DNA of 64,000 nt from Minisyncoccota bacterium (GCA_041665925.1 JBAYHW010000002.1:26838-90837), one strand, 5' to 3'; positions 34,715 to 45,249 are shown, counted from the first letter of the stretch. The notes: a model not told the origin generated them from the sequence alone. Numbers and translations are program-made.

Positions 34715-34766
34715 ACATATATTATACCATAATTATTAATATTTTACAAGTACTCCAGAAAACCCA

Positions 34767-35759
34767 TTATTTTTTCAAATTTTTAGTAATTCTTTCTAAG
34801 ACGGGCATACTAAAATCATGGTTGAAAGGTTGACCAGTAATCATTTCGTAAATTTCTATATAACGACGGGAAAGCTCAGCTACTAGCTCAACTGGGGCAG
34901 GAGGCAAAACTTCATCTTTGTACGGATCGCAATGCTCCTTAAACCAAAGCCTAAGAAATTCTTTGTCGAAATATTCTGGTTCTTCTCCTTGTTGAAATCG
35001 GGCCTCATAACTTTCTGCTTTCCAGTATCGAGAAGAGTCGGGGGTATGAATCTCGTCTATTAACATTAACTTCCCGTTTTCATCTATTCCCATCTCATAT
35101 TTTGTATCCACCAGTATTAATCCCCTACTAAGAGCAACTTCTTGACCCCTCTTGAAAAGTTTTAAGGCTGTTTCAGACATTTCCGCCCATAATTCTTTTG
35201 AAACTATATTTTCTTCTATAATTTCTGCCGAGGTAATTGGGCGGTCGTGTTCATCGGACTTTGTAGTCGGAGTCAAAACCGGAGTGTCTAATTTTTGGTT
35301 TTTCTTCATTCCTTCTGGCAATGTGAAGTCTCCGAAATTTCTCTGTCCGTTATTATAAATAGTCCAGAGAGAAGTATTTGTTGAGCCAGTAATGTAGCCA
35401 CGAACCACCATTTCTATCGGAATTACCTTGCATTTTTTTGCTACTAAGACATTCGGGTCAGGTGTACTTAGAACATGATTTTGAACAATGTCTTTTGTTT
35501 TTTCAAACCAGAATAAACTTATTTGATTTAAGACTTCCCCTTTGAAAGGTATGGAGGCTATATTTCTATCGAATGAAGAATGTCTGTCGGTGGAGATAAG
35601 GGTAATGTGATCTTGGGCGACATAAATATCTCTTACTTTACCTATCTTCCTTTCACCGAGTTCGGGAAAATTAGTTTCTTTTAATACATCATCTATATGT
35701 TCCTTAATTTTACCTATGTCCATATTAAAAAATTTATTTATAAATAATAATTTTACCAA
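34767..35759 (-). CDS. purC: Phosphoribosylaminoimidazole-succinocarboxamide synthase (SAICAR synthetase), long form
   Basis: 330 aa. IGKVRDIYVAQDHITLISTDRHSSFD matches the PurC ATP-binding N-terminus. Long (eukaryote/Gram-positive-like) form. Confidence 0.85.
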   Translation of the reverse strand: MVKLLFINKFFNMDIGKIKEHIDDVLKETNFPELGERKIGKVRDIYVAQDHITLISTDRHSSFDRNIASIPFKGEVLNQISLFWFEKTKDIVQNHVLSTPDPNVLVAKKCKVIPIEMVVRGYITGSTNTSLWTIYNNGQRNFGDFTLPEGMKKNQKLDTPVLTPTTKSDEHDRPITSAEIIEENIVSKELWAEMSETALKLFKRGQEVALSRGLILVDTKYEMGIDENGKLMLIDEIHTPDSSRYWKAESYEARFQQGEEPEYFDKEFLRLWFKEHCDPYKDEVLPPAPVELVAELSRRYIEIYEMITGQPFNHDFSMPVLERITKNLKK

Positions 35760-36894
35760 GTGTAAGTTTTGAATTTACTAAAACTCTTGGCTCATCTTCT
35801 TTTGTAATTTTACCGGCAATTTTTGCTTTTATGGAAAAATCCTTAGCTCTTTTGATGCAATAATCCGCATCTTTTTCATCCACTACTATCAACATACCTT
35901 GTCCCCCATTCCATACTTCATAAAATTCTTCATCGGAGATGTTGTGCCACAAGGCGCACTTCTTCATAATTTCTGGAGGTTCCCACAGATCAAAAAGTTC
36001 TGCGGACAGTTTTTTCGAGAAAAGAATATCTTTTGCAAGTTTCTCTTTAAGTGCTCCTCCTGAAAGGTGAACAATAGATTTTATTTCTATTTCAGATTTA
36101 AAATTGGGATCATACCATCCATGTAAAGTATTAATAAATACATCATACAGTACAGATGGGCATGCTGCTTGTTTGATACTTGTTTGTGCTTCTGGGTTTT
36201 CCCACCATTTTGTCCCGAATTTATCTTGAAATGCTTTTCTCACTGAAGTTCCGCCATTACACCTGAAACCTTCTTCTTTTAGGGCTATTATCACTTGTCC
36301 TGGTTTTAATTTATCCCCAGTTATCATTTTCAGAGGATGGTAAGCTCCGATCATTACTCCAGACCAATTAAATTTTGTTTGCGATCCAATTATCTCTGAA
36401 CCTAGAGCATCTTTTACTTGGGCAGTCTCCCCCTTGAGTGCTACTATATTGCTAATTTTTGTGACTTCACCTAAACCTCGCAAAAGATTTTTATAAGTTT
36501 CACTAACTTCATTTCCGGCTTGCCCTATGCCGTTGGTATCCAAGATATTAAGAAAAACTAAAGGTATGCCTCCATAACGGGTTACATCGCTTGCGGTCAT
36601 GGCGATAATATCATAAGCTGCCGTTCTGTGCATTTTAGCTGCGTCTACCAGAATACCCTTAGTTCCCATACCATCAGCTGTTGCCTCAATAAAATATCCT
36701 TCTGGTAAATTTTTAAAAACAAAAGGCCTAGGACCCCTAAAATTACCTTCAGATAAATCTTTTACTTCTACGTATGGAGAATTGTTATAACTTTCTTTAC
36801 AAATAGACCCAGCAAAACTACTAAACGCTGCTTCTTCATCAATGTCTACACCATCCTGCGAAGAAATTTTTGTTTTGGTAGTGTTTTCATCCAT
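35734..36894 (-). CDS. purM: Phosphoribosylformylglycinamidine cyclo-ligase (AIR synthetase)
   Basis: 386 aa. TADGMGTKGILV (DGVGTK motif), with PurM N- and C-domains collinear. Confidence 0.85.
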   Translation of the reverse strand: MDENTTKTKISSQDGVDIDEEAAFSSFAGSICKESYNNSPYVEVKDLSEGNFRGPRPFVFKNLPEGYFIEATADGMGTKGILVDAAKMHRTAAYDIIAMTASDVTRYGGIPLVFLNILDTNGIGQAGNEVSETYKNLLRGLGEVTKISNIVALKGETAQVKDALGSEIIGSQTKFNWSGVMIGAYHPLKMITGDKLKPGQVIIALKEEGFRCNGGTSVRKAFQDKFGTKWWENPEAQTSIKQAACPSVLYDVFINTLHGWYDPNFKSEIEIKSIVHLSGGALKEKLAKDILFSKKLSAELFDLWEPPEIMKKCALWHNISDEEFYEVWNGGQGMLIVVDEKDADYCIKRAKDFSIKAKIAGKITKEDEPRVLVNSKLTLGKIIIYK

Positions 36895-36897
36895 GTT

Positions 36898-37413
36898 TTA
36901 TTTCTCTAAATATTTCTTATATCCAATTTCTGAAAGCTTATCACCTTTAGTGGTCTGCTCGTCGCTCATTTTTATTTTATAATCCTTTAATTTTTCTTCT
37001 AGATCTTTGTCTTCAGTAGCAAGGATCTGTATTGCTAGAAGCCCCGCATTTTTCCCTGCATTGATACCTACCGTGGCAACAGGAATTCCTGGAGGCATTT
37101 GAACTGTTGAGAGAAGTGAATCTAATCCGTCTAAGCTTTTGGCTTTTACAGGCAAGCCGATAACTGGGAGCGTCGTATGCGCGGCGATAACTCCAGCTAA
37201 GTGTGCTGCGCCTCCTGCGCCAGCAATTAAAACTTTGATCCCACGTTCTCTGGCACCAGAGGAATATTTTTGCGCTCTTTCTGGGGCGCGATGGGCAGAA
37301 CCGACTGTCATGTCGTAAGTTACCCCAAATTCTTCAATAATTTTTGCCGCTTCAGCGAAGACTTCTAAATCCGAATCCGAACCCATTATTATGCCAACTT
37401 TTGGATTTTTCAT
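36898..37413 (-). CDS. purE: N5-carboxyaminoimidazole ribonucleotide mutase
   Basis: 171 aa. VGIIMGSDSDLEV and the conserved GGAAHLAGV loop. Confidence 0.88.
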   Translation of the reverse strand: MKNPKVGIIMGSDSDLEVFAEAAKIIEEFGVTYDMTVGSAHRAPERAQKYSSGARERGIKVLIAGAGGAAHLAGVIAAHTTLPVIGLPVKAKSLDGLDSLLSTVQMPPGIPVATVGINAGKNAGLLAIQILATEDKDLEEKLKDYKIKMSDEQTTKGDKLSEIGYKKYLEK

Positions 37414-37491
37414 CCCAGTATCAAAAATTTAAAATTTATAATATGACCTTTAACTTACCTCCGTAGATTTTGATACGGGACAGGTATAAAT

Positions 37492-38778
37492 TTACTTTAA
37501 CATTTTTAACGCATTTTCGCCAATATCTTTTCTGTATTGCATTCCTTCAAATGAAATTTTTTCTATTGCTGCATACGCTTTGTTTAAAGCTTCTTCTAAA
37601 GTATTTCCCGAGGCGCTAATGCCGAGTACTCGGCCTCCATTTGTGACCAAGTTATCATTTTCAATTTTTGTTCCAGCATGAAAAATAACAATATCAGAAA
37701 AGAGTTCGGCATCTTTTATTCCAGAAATGATTTTACCTTTTTCGTAGTTGCCAGGGTAGCCACCGGATGCCAGGATTACTGTGCAAGCGAAAAGTTTTGT
37801 CCACTTAACTTCTATTTTATCCAAGGTTCCGTCAATACACGCGTCAAAAATGTCTAAAATATCTGAATCGAGCAATCTCATATAAGTCTGGGTTTCAGGA
37901 TCACCAAAACGTGCATTGTATTCTAAAATTTTTGGACCATCTTTTGTTAACATTAGCCCTGGGTATAAAACTCCCGCGAAGGGGGTGCTCATTCCTGCCA
38001 TTGAGGAAATCGTTTTCAAGACAATATTTTCTTCTATTTCCTTCACTAATTCTTGTGATACGAACGGGAGTGGAGCAATTGTTCCCATGCCTCCAGTATT
38101 TAACCCCGTATCTCCCTCTCCGATTTTTTTATGATCTTGGGAAGGTGGGAACATTAGATAATTTTTACCATCAGAAAATGCATGAATAGAAATTTCTGGG
38201 CCGGCTAAAAATTTCTCTATAACAATTTCTCTCCCCGCATCACCGAAGACTTTTTTGATAAAAATTTCTTCAAGTGTTTTATCTACGTCTTCCCGAGTCT
38301 CACAGATGATTACACCCTTACCTAAAGCAAGCCCGCTTGCTTTTATTACCAAGGGCAACATTTCACTAGCGGCATATCTCTTCGCATTTTCATAGTCATT
38401 AAATATTTCAAATTTAGCCGTAGGCAAGCCATTTTTAGCCATAAATTCTTTAGAAAAAGCCTTGGACCACTCGAGCCGAGCAGCAGCCTTGGTGGGGCCC
38501 CAGATGCGTAGACCAGCGTCCTTAAAAGTGTCTACTATTCCTAAGGCGAGTGGGTCATCGGGTAAGGCTAAAGTTAAATCAATCTTTTCTTTTTTAGCAA
38601 AATCTAAAAGCCCCTTAATGTCTGTGGCTTTCAAGTCTACGTTGGTGCCAAGTTTTGAAGTACCAGCATTACCAGGAGCAAAAAATATATCTCCGGCTCG
38701 GAGTGATTGCTTCACTTTCCAGCCAATGGAGTGTTCCCTACCACCACTACCTATTATTAAAATTTTTATTTTTCCCAT
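37492..38778 (-). CDS. purD: Phosphoribosylamine--glycine ligase (GAR synthetase)
   Basis: ATP-grasp. Start placed at MGKIKILIIGSGGREHS (the track ORF extends 17 codons further). C-terminal EGMQYRKDIG. Confidence 0.85.
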   Translation of the reverse strand: MGKIKILIIGSGGREHSIGWKVKQSLRAGDIFFAPGNAGTSKLGTNVDLKATDIKGLLDFAKKEKIDLTLALPDDPLALGIVDTFKDAGLRIWGPTKAAARLEWSKAFSKEFMAKNGLPTAKFEIFNDYENAKRYAASEMLPLVIKASGLALGKGVIICETREDVDKTLEEIFIKKVFGDAGREIVIEKFLAGPEISIHAFSDGKNYLMFPPSQDHKKIGEGDTGLNTGGMGTIAPLPFVSQELVKEIEENIVLKTISSMAGMSTPFAGVLYPGLMLTKDGPKILEYNARFGDPETQTYMRLLDSDILDIFDACIDGTLDKIEVKWTKLFACTVILASGGYPGNYEKGKIISGIKDAELFSDIVIFHAGTKIENDNLVTNGGRVLGISASGNTLEEALNKAYAAIEKISFEGMQYRKDIGENALKMLK

Positions 38779-38783
38779 ATCTT

Positions 38784-39497
38784 CTATATTATAACTTTTT
38801 GAGTTTCTTGTAACTTTTTTTCGTAACATTCATCAATTTTTTCGATAAAATCTGCGGATGAAAAGGTGTCGATATTGTTGTAGAAAAACTCACTCAACAT
38901 TATTCTAACTTGTCTTAAATTATTATACACGGTTTCAAAAGAGGGTTCAGCTTTTTTTAAATTATCAAAATCTCCTATTACAAAATCCAAAGTTCTTGGC
39001 TCCTGTTTACTTAATAAAAAGAAATATATATCTGCTACAGCAAATTTAAAACCTTTTGCAGCCGCATCTAATGCTTCTTGAAAACACGCATTTAAAAAAA
39101 ATTCTAAAGCAACAGTTTTTTTCATGAACTCTTCGCCATAACGATACATATTAAATCTACCGTTGCTTCCTATGCAAATTTGATCATTGAGAAAACCATC
39201 AGTCATTAAAATACTTTTCCCGTCTGTCCCTATCCTGAAAGTTGGAAAAACTTTTAATCCACTATTTTTTGCCAGTACGTACATTTCAAATGCATGCCGT
39301 ACTAATTCCTGTGATTTTTTTTCTGAAAAATAACTCTTATTATACTTTTTTATAACAAATTGTTTGGGCTTACCTCTAACGTTGACGATGGAAGTAAATA
39401 TATTTCCCATTCCTCCTGTGTCATCTAGGAGTTTCTCTTCAGAAATTTGTACAGCAGTTTCTTTTCCTGTATGTTTTTGAAAAATTTCTTCTTGCAT
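38784..39497 (-). CDS. Hypothetical protein (237 aa) embedded in the pur operon; weak protein-kinase-like motifs
   Basis: No confident family. FVIKKY (VAIK-like), ILMTDGF and VIGDFDNL (DFG-like) hint at a kinase-like fold. Tightly packed between purD and purN. Confidence 0.45.
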   Translation of the reverse strand: MQEEIFQKHTGKETAVQISEEKLLDDTGGMGNIFTSIVNVRGKPKQFVIKKYNKSYFSEKKSQELVRHAFEMYVLAKNSGLKVFPTFRIGTDGKSILMTDGFLNDQICIGSNGRFNMYRYGEEFMKKTVALEFFLNACFQEALDAAAKGFKFAVADIYFFLLSKQEPRTLDFVIGDFDNLKKAEPSFETVYNNLRQVRIMLSEFFYNNIDTFSSADFIEKIDECYEKKLQETQKVII

Positions 39498-39561
39498 TTT
39501 TATTTAAATGTTATAACAAATTTGAGAACAAGGTGATGAAGTAGTCATCACTATTATTATT

Positions 39562-40191
39562 CTATGATGCTGTTAATTTTTCTAAAACTTCTACATACAA
39601 AGCGTTTTCTTTTTTCTTCAACCTAGAGTATAAAGATTCAACATTGTCGTAATCCTCAATTTTTTCAAAACATCTTCCCAAGACAGGGCCGAAATCAAAA
39701 TTTAAAGTAAGGAAATGAATAGAACTTCCGGCAAAAGTTGCTTTTTTGTCTAAAAAGTTACCTATAGCTTTGGTGGTTAACATTCCTTTATTCCAAAGGG
39801 CCAGAGTGTTATCGGGACTTTTTACACTCCCGTTTTCAGTATCAGGAATTAAACCAGGATGTAGATTTAAGATTTTATTAGGAAATGTTTGTATAACCTC
39901 GTCTAAAATAATTTGTTTCCAACCAGCCAAACAAACATAATCCAAATTTAATTTCAATAAAAGTGGTAGCAATTCTTCCTTTGTCGAACAGATTTCAATA
40001 GGTAAATTATGTTTTCGCGCACGCTCTAATCCTTGCGCCTCAGTTTTGTCTGAAATCACTATGGCGATCTCTGCTTGGATTTTTCCATTTTCAATGCCGT
40101 CAATTATAGCCTGAAGATTCGTGCCGGTACCTGTGTCGGAAATAAGAACTGCCAGCCTTAATAATTTTTTCGTATTATTTATTTGGGACAT
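39562..40191 (-). CDS. purN: Phosphoribosylglycinamide formyltransferase
   Basis: 209 aa. LAVLISDTGTGTNLQAII N-terminus and the NLHPGLIP motif region of formyltransferases. Confidence 0.8.
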   Translation of the reverse strand: MSQINNTKKLLRLAVLISDTGTGTNLQAIIDGIENGKIQAEIAIVISDKTEAQGLERARKHNLPIEICSTKEELLPLLLKLNLDYVCLAGWKQIILDEVIQTFPNKILNLHPGLIPDTENGSVKSPDNTLALWNKGMLTTKAIGNFLDKKATFAGSSIHFLTLNFDFGPVLGRCFEKIEDYDNVESLYSRLKKKENALYVEVLEKLTAS

Positions 40192-41569
40192 CGTAATTTA
40201 TTTCTTTTCGACGTTCTTTTAAATCAATAGGATACTCTCCCGTAAAAAAAGAGGTGGATAGTTCATTTTTGGGTAATCCGATAGATTTAATTAAACCGTC
40301 GAGAGATAAATAATGCAGCGATGTAGCTCCGAGGAATTTCCTGATTTCTTCAACTGTTTTATTTGATGCAATTAATCCTTTTTGATTTGGGGTATCAATG
40401 CCGTAAAAATCTGGGAATCGGATAGGTGGAGATGATACTAAGAAGTGTACTTCTTTCGCTCCAGCCTCAAATAAAGTTTTAACTATTCCTCTACTAGTCG
40501 TCCCCCTAACTATAGAATCATCAATAACAGCTATACTTTTATCTTTCAACGCTTCATTTAAAGGTATGAGCTTAAGAGCCACAGAATGTTCTCGCGATTT
40601 TTGGTCCGGCTCGATAAATGTTCTGTGCACATATCTATTTTTTACTAAAGCCATTTCAATGGGGATTCCTGAAATTTCACTATATCCTAGAGCCACTGGA
40701 GTTGCTGTGTCAGGTACTGGAACTATCGCATCAACCTTCAATTTATATTCTCGAGCGAGTTCTCGACCGAAGTTTTTCCTGACGTTGTAAATTAATTTTC
40801 CTTCTAGGATGCTATCTGGGCGAGAAAAATACACATATTCAAATATGTCATGTTTAGGGTTCGGTTCTGCTAATTTGATGCTCTTCAAACCTTTACTATT
40901 TATTACAATCATTTCTCCTGGAATGACCTCTCTTATAAAATTAGCCCCAATGGTTGCAAGCGCGCATGTTTCGGATGCCACCACATAACCCTTCTTAATT
41001 TTTCCCAGCACTAGTGGACGCATTCCATATTCGTCTCTCACAGCGACTAAATTATCTTTATCCATCATCACTAGAGAGAAAGCTCCTGTTATTAAAGGGA
41101 AAACTTTTGTCAGGGCGTCGGGTACGGTGTTCCCATTTTTTATGTAAAAATCAATAGCGTCAGTAACAAGCTCTGAGTCCATCCTATTTTTCTGGAGAGT
41201 CTTATGTGAAGATAAGAATTTTTCAAGTGCCTTGACGCTGGGAAGATTTCCATTATGTGCTAAAGCAAAAGAATGTTCTTTATTGATAACAGGTTGAGCG
41301 TGATCTAGGGCTCCACCACCGGAAGTAGAATATCTATTGTGTCCTATCCCAATATATCCTTTTAAATTTTCTATATCTTGCTCTTTATAAACCTGAGCAA
41401 CGAGACCAGCGCCTTTATGGTTATGTAATTTCTTCCCATCACTTGTGGTTATTCCAGAAGCTTCTTGTCCCCTATGCTGCAGTGCAAAAAGAGAAAAAAA
41501 CGCCAATCTTGAAACTGGTAATCCTTTACCGTATATTCCTACGATTCCACATTTTTCTTTTAGTTCCAT
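40175..41569 (-). CDS. purF: Amidophosphoribosyltransferase
   Basis: 464 aa. N-terminal nucleophile CGIVGIYG directly after Met. PRTase domain follows. Confidence 0.88.
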   Translation of the reverse strand: MELKEKCGIVGIYGKGLPVSRLAFFSLFALQHRGQEASGITTSDGKKLHNHKGAGLVAQVYKEQDIENLKGYIGIGHNRYSTSGGGALDHAQPVINKEHSFALAHNGNLPSVKALEKFLSSHKTLQKNRMDSELVTDAIDFYIKNGNTVPDALTKVFPLITGAFSLVMMDKDNLVAVRDEYGMRPLVLGKIKKGYVVASETCALATIGANFIREVIPGEMIVINSKGLKSIKLAEPNPKHDIFEYVYFSRPDSILEGKLIYNVRKNFGRELAREYKLKVDAIVPVPDTATPVALGYSEISGIPIEMALVKNRYVHRTFIEPDQKSREHSVALKLIPLNEALKDKSIAVIDDSIVRGTTSRGIVKTLFEAGAKEVHFLVSSPPIRFPDFYGIDTPNQKGLIASNKTVEEIRKFLGATSLHYLSLDGLIKSIGLPKNELSTSFFTGEYPIDLKERRKEINYDVPNK

Positions 41570-42322
41570 TTATTTATTAAAGTATTTAATTGCGTTTCTA
41601 AATATCTGTAAGCCTTGCCCTTCTCTGGCTCCTTTTTTATTAATGTACCAAAGCGGACTTTGATGTGAAAACATTCCTCGTTCTGGGTGCGGCATTAGGC
41701 CTAGAACTCTGCCATTATACGACAAAACTCCAGCAATGTCATAGTCTGAACCGTTTGGATTTTTTTCTAGATTTTGGAATTTACATATGTTTCCCTTTTC
41801 GTAAACAAAAGCAATTTGTTTACTTTTTTGCATTTTTGCGTACTCATGAGCTGAAATAACATAATGTCCTTCTCCGTGGGCTATCGGAAGAGATAATTTC
41901 TTAATCCCCATAAGCCAAGGACTTTCTCCGGTTACTTTTAGATCCACCCACCTATCTATGTATTTCCCGTTTTTATTAAAAGTAAGTCCACCTGGCAAAA
42001 TTCCGAGGTTGGTCGCAATCTGAAATCCGTTACAAATACCTATTACTAAAGTATCGCGAGATAAAAATTCTTGGAGTTCTTTCGCTAAATGATTTTTAAA
42101 TTTATTTGCATAAGCTTTCCCACTTCCCGTGTCGTCTCCATAAGAAAATCCTCCAGGGAAAGCAAGAACCTGATAATCTTTTAAGATTTTCGGTTTAGAG
42201 ATTAAATCATTCAAATGCACAATATCAGCCTGTCCTCCAGCCCACTCAAAAGCAAACTTCGTTTCCTCTTCACAATTGAGCCCATACCCCGACATTATTA
42301 TAATTTTTGGCTTTTGTTTCAT
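41570..42322 (-). CDS. purQ: Phosphoribosylformylglycinamidine synthase, glutamine amidotransferase subunit
   Basis: 250 aa. IIIMSGYGLNCEEE...GICNGFQI (catalytic Cys in a GATase1 fold) and the MPHPER motif. Confidence 0.85.
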   Translation of the reverse strand: MKQKPKIIIMSGYGLNCEEETKFAFEWAGGQADIVHLNDLISKPKILKDYQVLAFPGGFSYGDDTGSGKAYANKFKNHLAKELQEFLSRDTLVIGICNGFQIATNLGILPGGLTFNKNGKYIDRWVDLKVTGESPWLMGIKKLSLPIAHGEGHYVISAHEYAKMQKSKQIAFVYEKGNICKFQNLEKNPNGSDYDIAGVLSYNGRVLGLMPHPERGMFSHQSPLWYINKKGAREGQGLQIFRNAIKYFNK

Positions 42323-45210
42323 TTGTTTTTATTAGAGAAATTATGGTATATGGTGTGCAATTTTTTTGCGTTTAATTCAGCTAATTTCATTTTATCTGTG
42401 ATTACGAAATTCTTGTCTTTGGAGACTTTTCCGATCTTAGCATGTGGAATATTTTTGATAATTTTTTCAAACGCAGAAACGTTTTTGTGTGACACAGACA
42501 CAAGGATTCTTCCTTGGCTTTCAGAAAAAAGTTTCACTTCTGGTGAACTTGCTGTTCCTGGAAGATTTTTTATTGAAACATTACAGCCAATCATACCGCC
42601 TAGGCTTGCCTTTGCTAAGGCTATAGCAAGCCCCCCAGAATTTATAGAAATCGCAGAGGCTACCAATTCTTTTTCGATTGTTTGCTCTAATGCTTTATAA
42701 ATTTTTATATGCTTCCTTACATCAACTTTAGGAACAGCGTTACCTACATAACCCAGCATCTTAAAATATTCTCCACCACCGAGCTCATCGTAAGTTTCTC
42801 CAAGAATATAAATTACATCGCCACTGCTTTTAAATTCTGGCGATACGGTTTTGTTAAAGTTTGGCATTACACTCAAGGCCGAAATTAGGAGAGTTGGAGG
42901 GACAGAAATAGCCACAGGATTCCCTTTTTCGTCGTACCCTTTGAAATCGTTAAACATGCTATCTTTTCCGGAAATAAAAGGTGTGCCGAAGCCTACAGCA
43001 GTGTCGTAGCAAGCTTTTACAGCCTCTGTGAGCTGATATAAACGCTTAGGGTCATTTGAGCTACACCAGCAGAAATTGTCTAAAATAGCGATATTTGAGA
43101 GCTTCCCACCAGCTGATATGGTGTTCCGGATGGCAGTATCTATAGCACAAGAGGCCATATCATAGGTGCTAATGTCGCCATATGAAGGATAAGTACTGGA
43201 AGTTACTACAATCCCCTTTTTTGAATTTAGGACAGGGTTGAAAACTTGAGCGTCAGTATTTATGCGTCCCTGACCAGAGAGTGGTTTTAAAACAGAGGAC
43301 GCTTGAACTTCGTGATCGTATTGCCCTGAGACGAACGAAAATCCACTAATGTTTTTTTGTCCAAGTAACCTTTCAAGTTCAGCTGTGTAAGATTTTTTGT
43401 TATTAAGTACAGGCTCCGAATGTTTTTCTATGAAGGGTGAAGTTAGTAATTGGTGTTTCGGTAATCCGTCGTGTAGGAAATCCATGTCAATATCCATGAT
43501 TTTTTTACCTTTGTATTCCACAATACATTTTTCAGAATCTGTAAATGTACCTACGATTGTAGCTTCTACTCCGCGGCTATCCATTAAATTTTTAAATATT
43601 TTCCATTTTGATTTTGGTATCGAGAGAGTCATACGCTCTTGAGATTCTGAAATCCAAATTTCCCACGGACGTAAGCCAGGATACTTGAGGGGCACCTTTT
43701 CTAGGTCAACTTTCGCTCCACCACACTCCTTTGCCATTTCTGCAATTGAGCAAGAGATTCCTCCAGCGCCATTATCGGTGATGCTATTATATAAACCCAA
43801 GTCTCGCACCTCTTTCACTATCGCATCACTTAATTTCTTTTGAGTTATTGGGTCACCAATTTGCACCGCAGCAGCAGGAGAATTTGAATCCGTAGCCACA
43901 GAAGAAAATGTCGCTCCATGAATACCATCTAGCCCAACTCTTCCTCCAGCGACTACAATATAATCCCCCACCTTAGCTTTCTTGAGGTGAGAAAGCTTCC
44001 CATTAATTTTTCTTGGAATTAACCCTATAGTACCAGCGAAGACCAAAGGTTTCCCGCGATAACGATCATCGAATTTTAAAAATCCATTTAAAGTAGGAAT
44101 ACCTGAACAATTCCCCCCAGAATTTATTCCTTTAACTACGCCATCCATTATACGTTTAGGAGGTAGCATCAGTTGGGTTAAACTTTTATCCCTATAAAAT
44201 TTCCGCTTATCTTCAGGATTTCCAAAACAGAAACCGTATACATTTGCTACCGGCTTAGCTCCCATGCCGAAACCAATAGTATCTCGGTTTACGCCCACAA
44301 TACCAGTAATAGCTCCCCCGAAAGGATCTAAGGCCGATGGGCTGTTGTGGGTTTCTACTTTATGGGTTATTAAATAATCATTATCGAAAATTATTCCGCC
44401 AGAATTATCACTAAATACCGAGACACAGAAATCCTTCTTCCCTTTTTGTTTGCGAATTAAGTTCGTAGCACCTTTGATGTACGTTTTATATAAACCATCT
44501 TTAATGTCATCAATAGGATTTGCAAAAATAGTGTGCTTGCAGTGTTCTGACCACGTCTGCGCCAATGCCTCGAGCTCGATATCTATAGGATTCCTCTTTA
44601 AACCAAGGAAGTGTTCTTTGATTACCTGCATTGAAGGTAAATCGAGGGCAAGTGGGCCACGTCGGGAACCATTTCTATCTAAAATTCCAAGCTTACCGGT
44701 GTTTTCTAGTTCTTCATCTGTAAAATTTTTGAGTGGGACTTCAATTACTGGAAGAGTTTTTTCTAAAATTACTTGAGGGGCTTTCAGGGGCAGACCCTTT
44801 GTTTTTTGTATCTCTGAAAAACTAGCAATATACGAGCGTTCAATTAATGGATTATGTAGAGAAAGCGCAATTTTCTTTACTTCTTCTGGTTTACTAGATT
44901 TCGAAATAATAAATATCTTTGAAGCATAGACGGCAAACTGCCCATCATTTTTCATGTGAAATAAATCGCAGATAGTTTCTTCAGTAGTGTGTCCGACATT
45001 ATCGGTGACTCCAGGCTTGTATCCAATTTCAATAACGTATGAAAATTTAATAATTTTAGGGAATTTGTTTATAGAAAAGTCTTCAAGGACGGGGTTCGTC
45101 AGAGCTTTCGCTATTTTTTGAATTTTTTCATTAGAGAATTTGTGCGTTATGAGATAGGAGTCAACGAAGTTGGCTTTTCCCTTAGATATCACATATATCC
45201 TTGAAATCAT
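42319..45210 (-). CDS. purL: Phosphoribosylformylglycinamidine synthase, PurS-like N-terminal duplication fused to PurL
   Basis: 963 aa. Two N-terminal PurS-like units (KPGVTDNVGHTTEETICDLF; LTNPVLEDFSI / LHNPLIERSYI) followed by the full PurL AIRS/AIRS-C repeats. Confidence 0.8.
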   Translation of the reverse strand: MISRIYVISKGKANFVDSYLITHKFSNEKIQKIAKALTNPVLEDFSINKFPKIIKFSYVIEIGYKPGVTDNVGHTTEETICDLFHMKNDGQFAVYASKIFIISKSSKPEEVKKIALSLHNPLIERSYIASFSEIQKTKGLPLKAPQVILEKTLPVIEVPLKNFTDEELENTGKLGILDRNGSRRGPLALDLPSMQVIKEHFLGLKRNPIDIELEALAQTWSEHCKHTIFANPIDDIKDGLYKTYIKGATNLIRKQKGKKDFCVSVFSDNSGGIIFDNDYLITHKVETHNSPSALDPFGGAITGIVGVNRDTIGFGMGAKPVANVYGFCFGNPEDKRKFYRDKSLTQLMLPPKRIMDGVVKGINSGGNCSGIPTLNGFLKFDDRYRGKPLVFAGTIGLIPRKINGKLSHLKKAKVGDYIVVAGGRVGLDGIHGATFSSVATDSNSPAAAVQIGDPITQKKLSDAIVKEVRDLGLYNSITDNGAGGISCSIAEMAKECGGAKVDLEKVPLKYPGLRPWEIWISESQERMTLSIPKSKWKIFKNLMDSRGVEATIVGTFTDSEKCIVEYKGKKIMDIDMDFLHDGLPKHQLLTSPFIEKHSEPVLNNKKSYTAELERLLGQKNISGFSFVSGQYDHEVQASSVLKPLSGQGRINTDAQVFNPVLNSKKGIVVTSSTYPSYGDISTYDMASCAIDTAIRNTISAGGKLSNIAILDNFCWCSSNDPKRLYQLTEAVKACYDTAVGFGTPFISGKDSMFNDFKGYDEKGNPVAISVPPTLLISALSVMPNFNKTVSPEFKSSGDVIYILGETYDELGGGEYFKMLGYVGNAVPKVDVRKHIKIYKALEQTIEKELVASAISINSGGLAIALAKASLGGMIGCNVSIKNLPGTASSPEVKLFSESQGRILVSVSHKNVSAFEKIIKNIPHAKIGKVSKDKNFVITDKMKLAELNAKKLHTIYHNFSNKNK

Positions 45211-45249
45211 ACAAATATAGTATAATATATAAGCACTAAAGACAAATTT

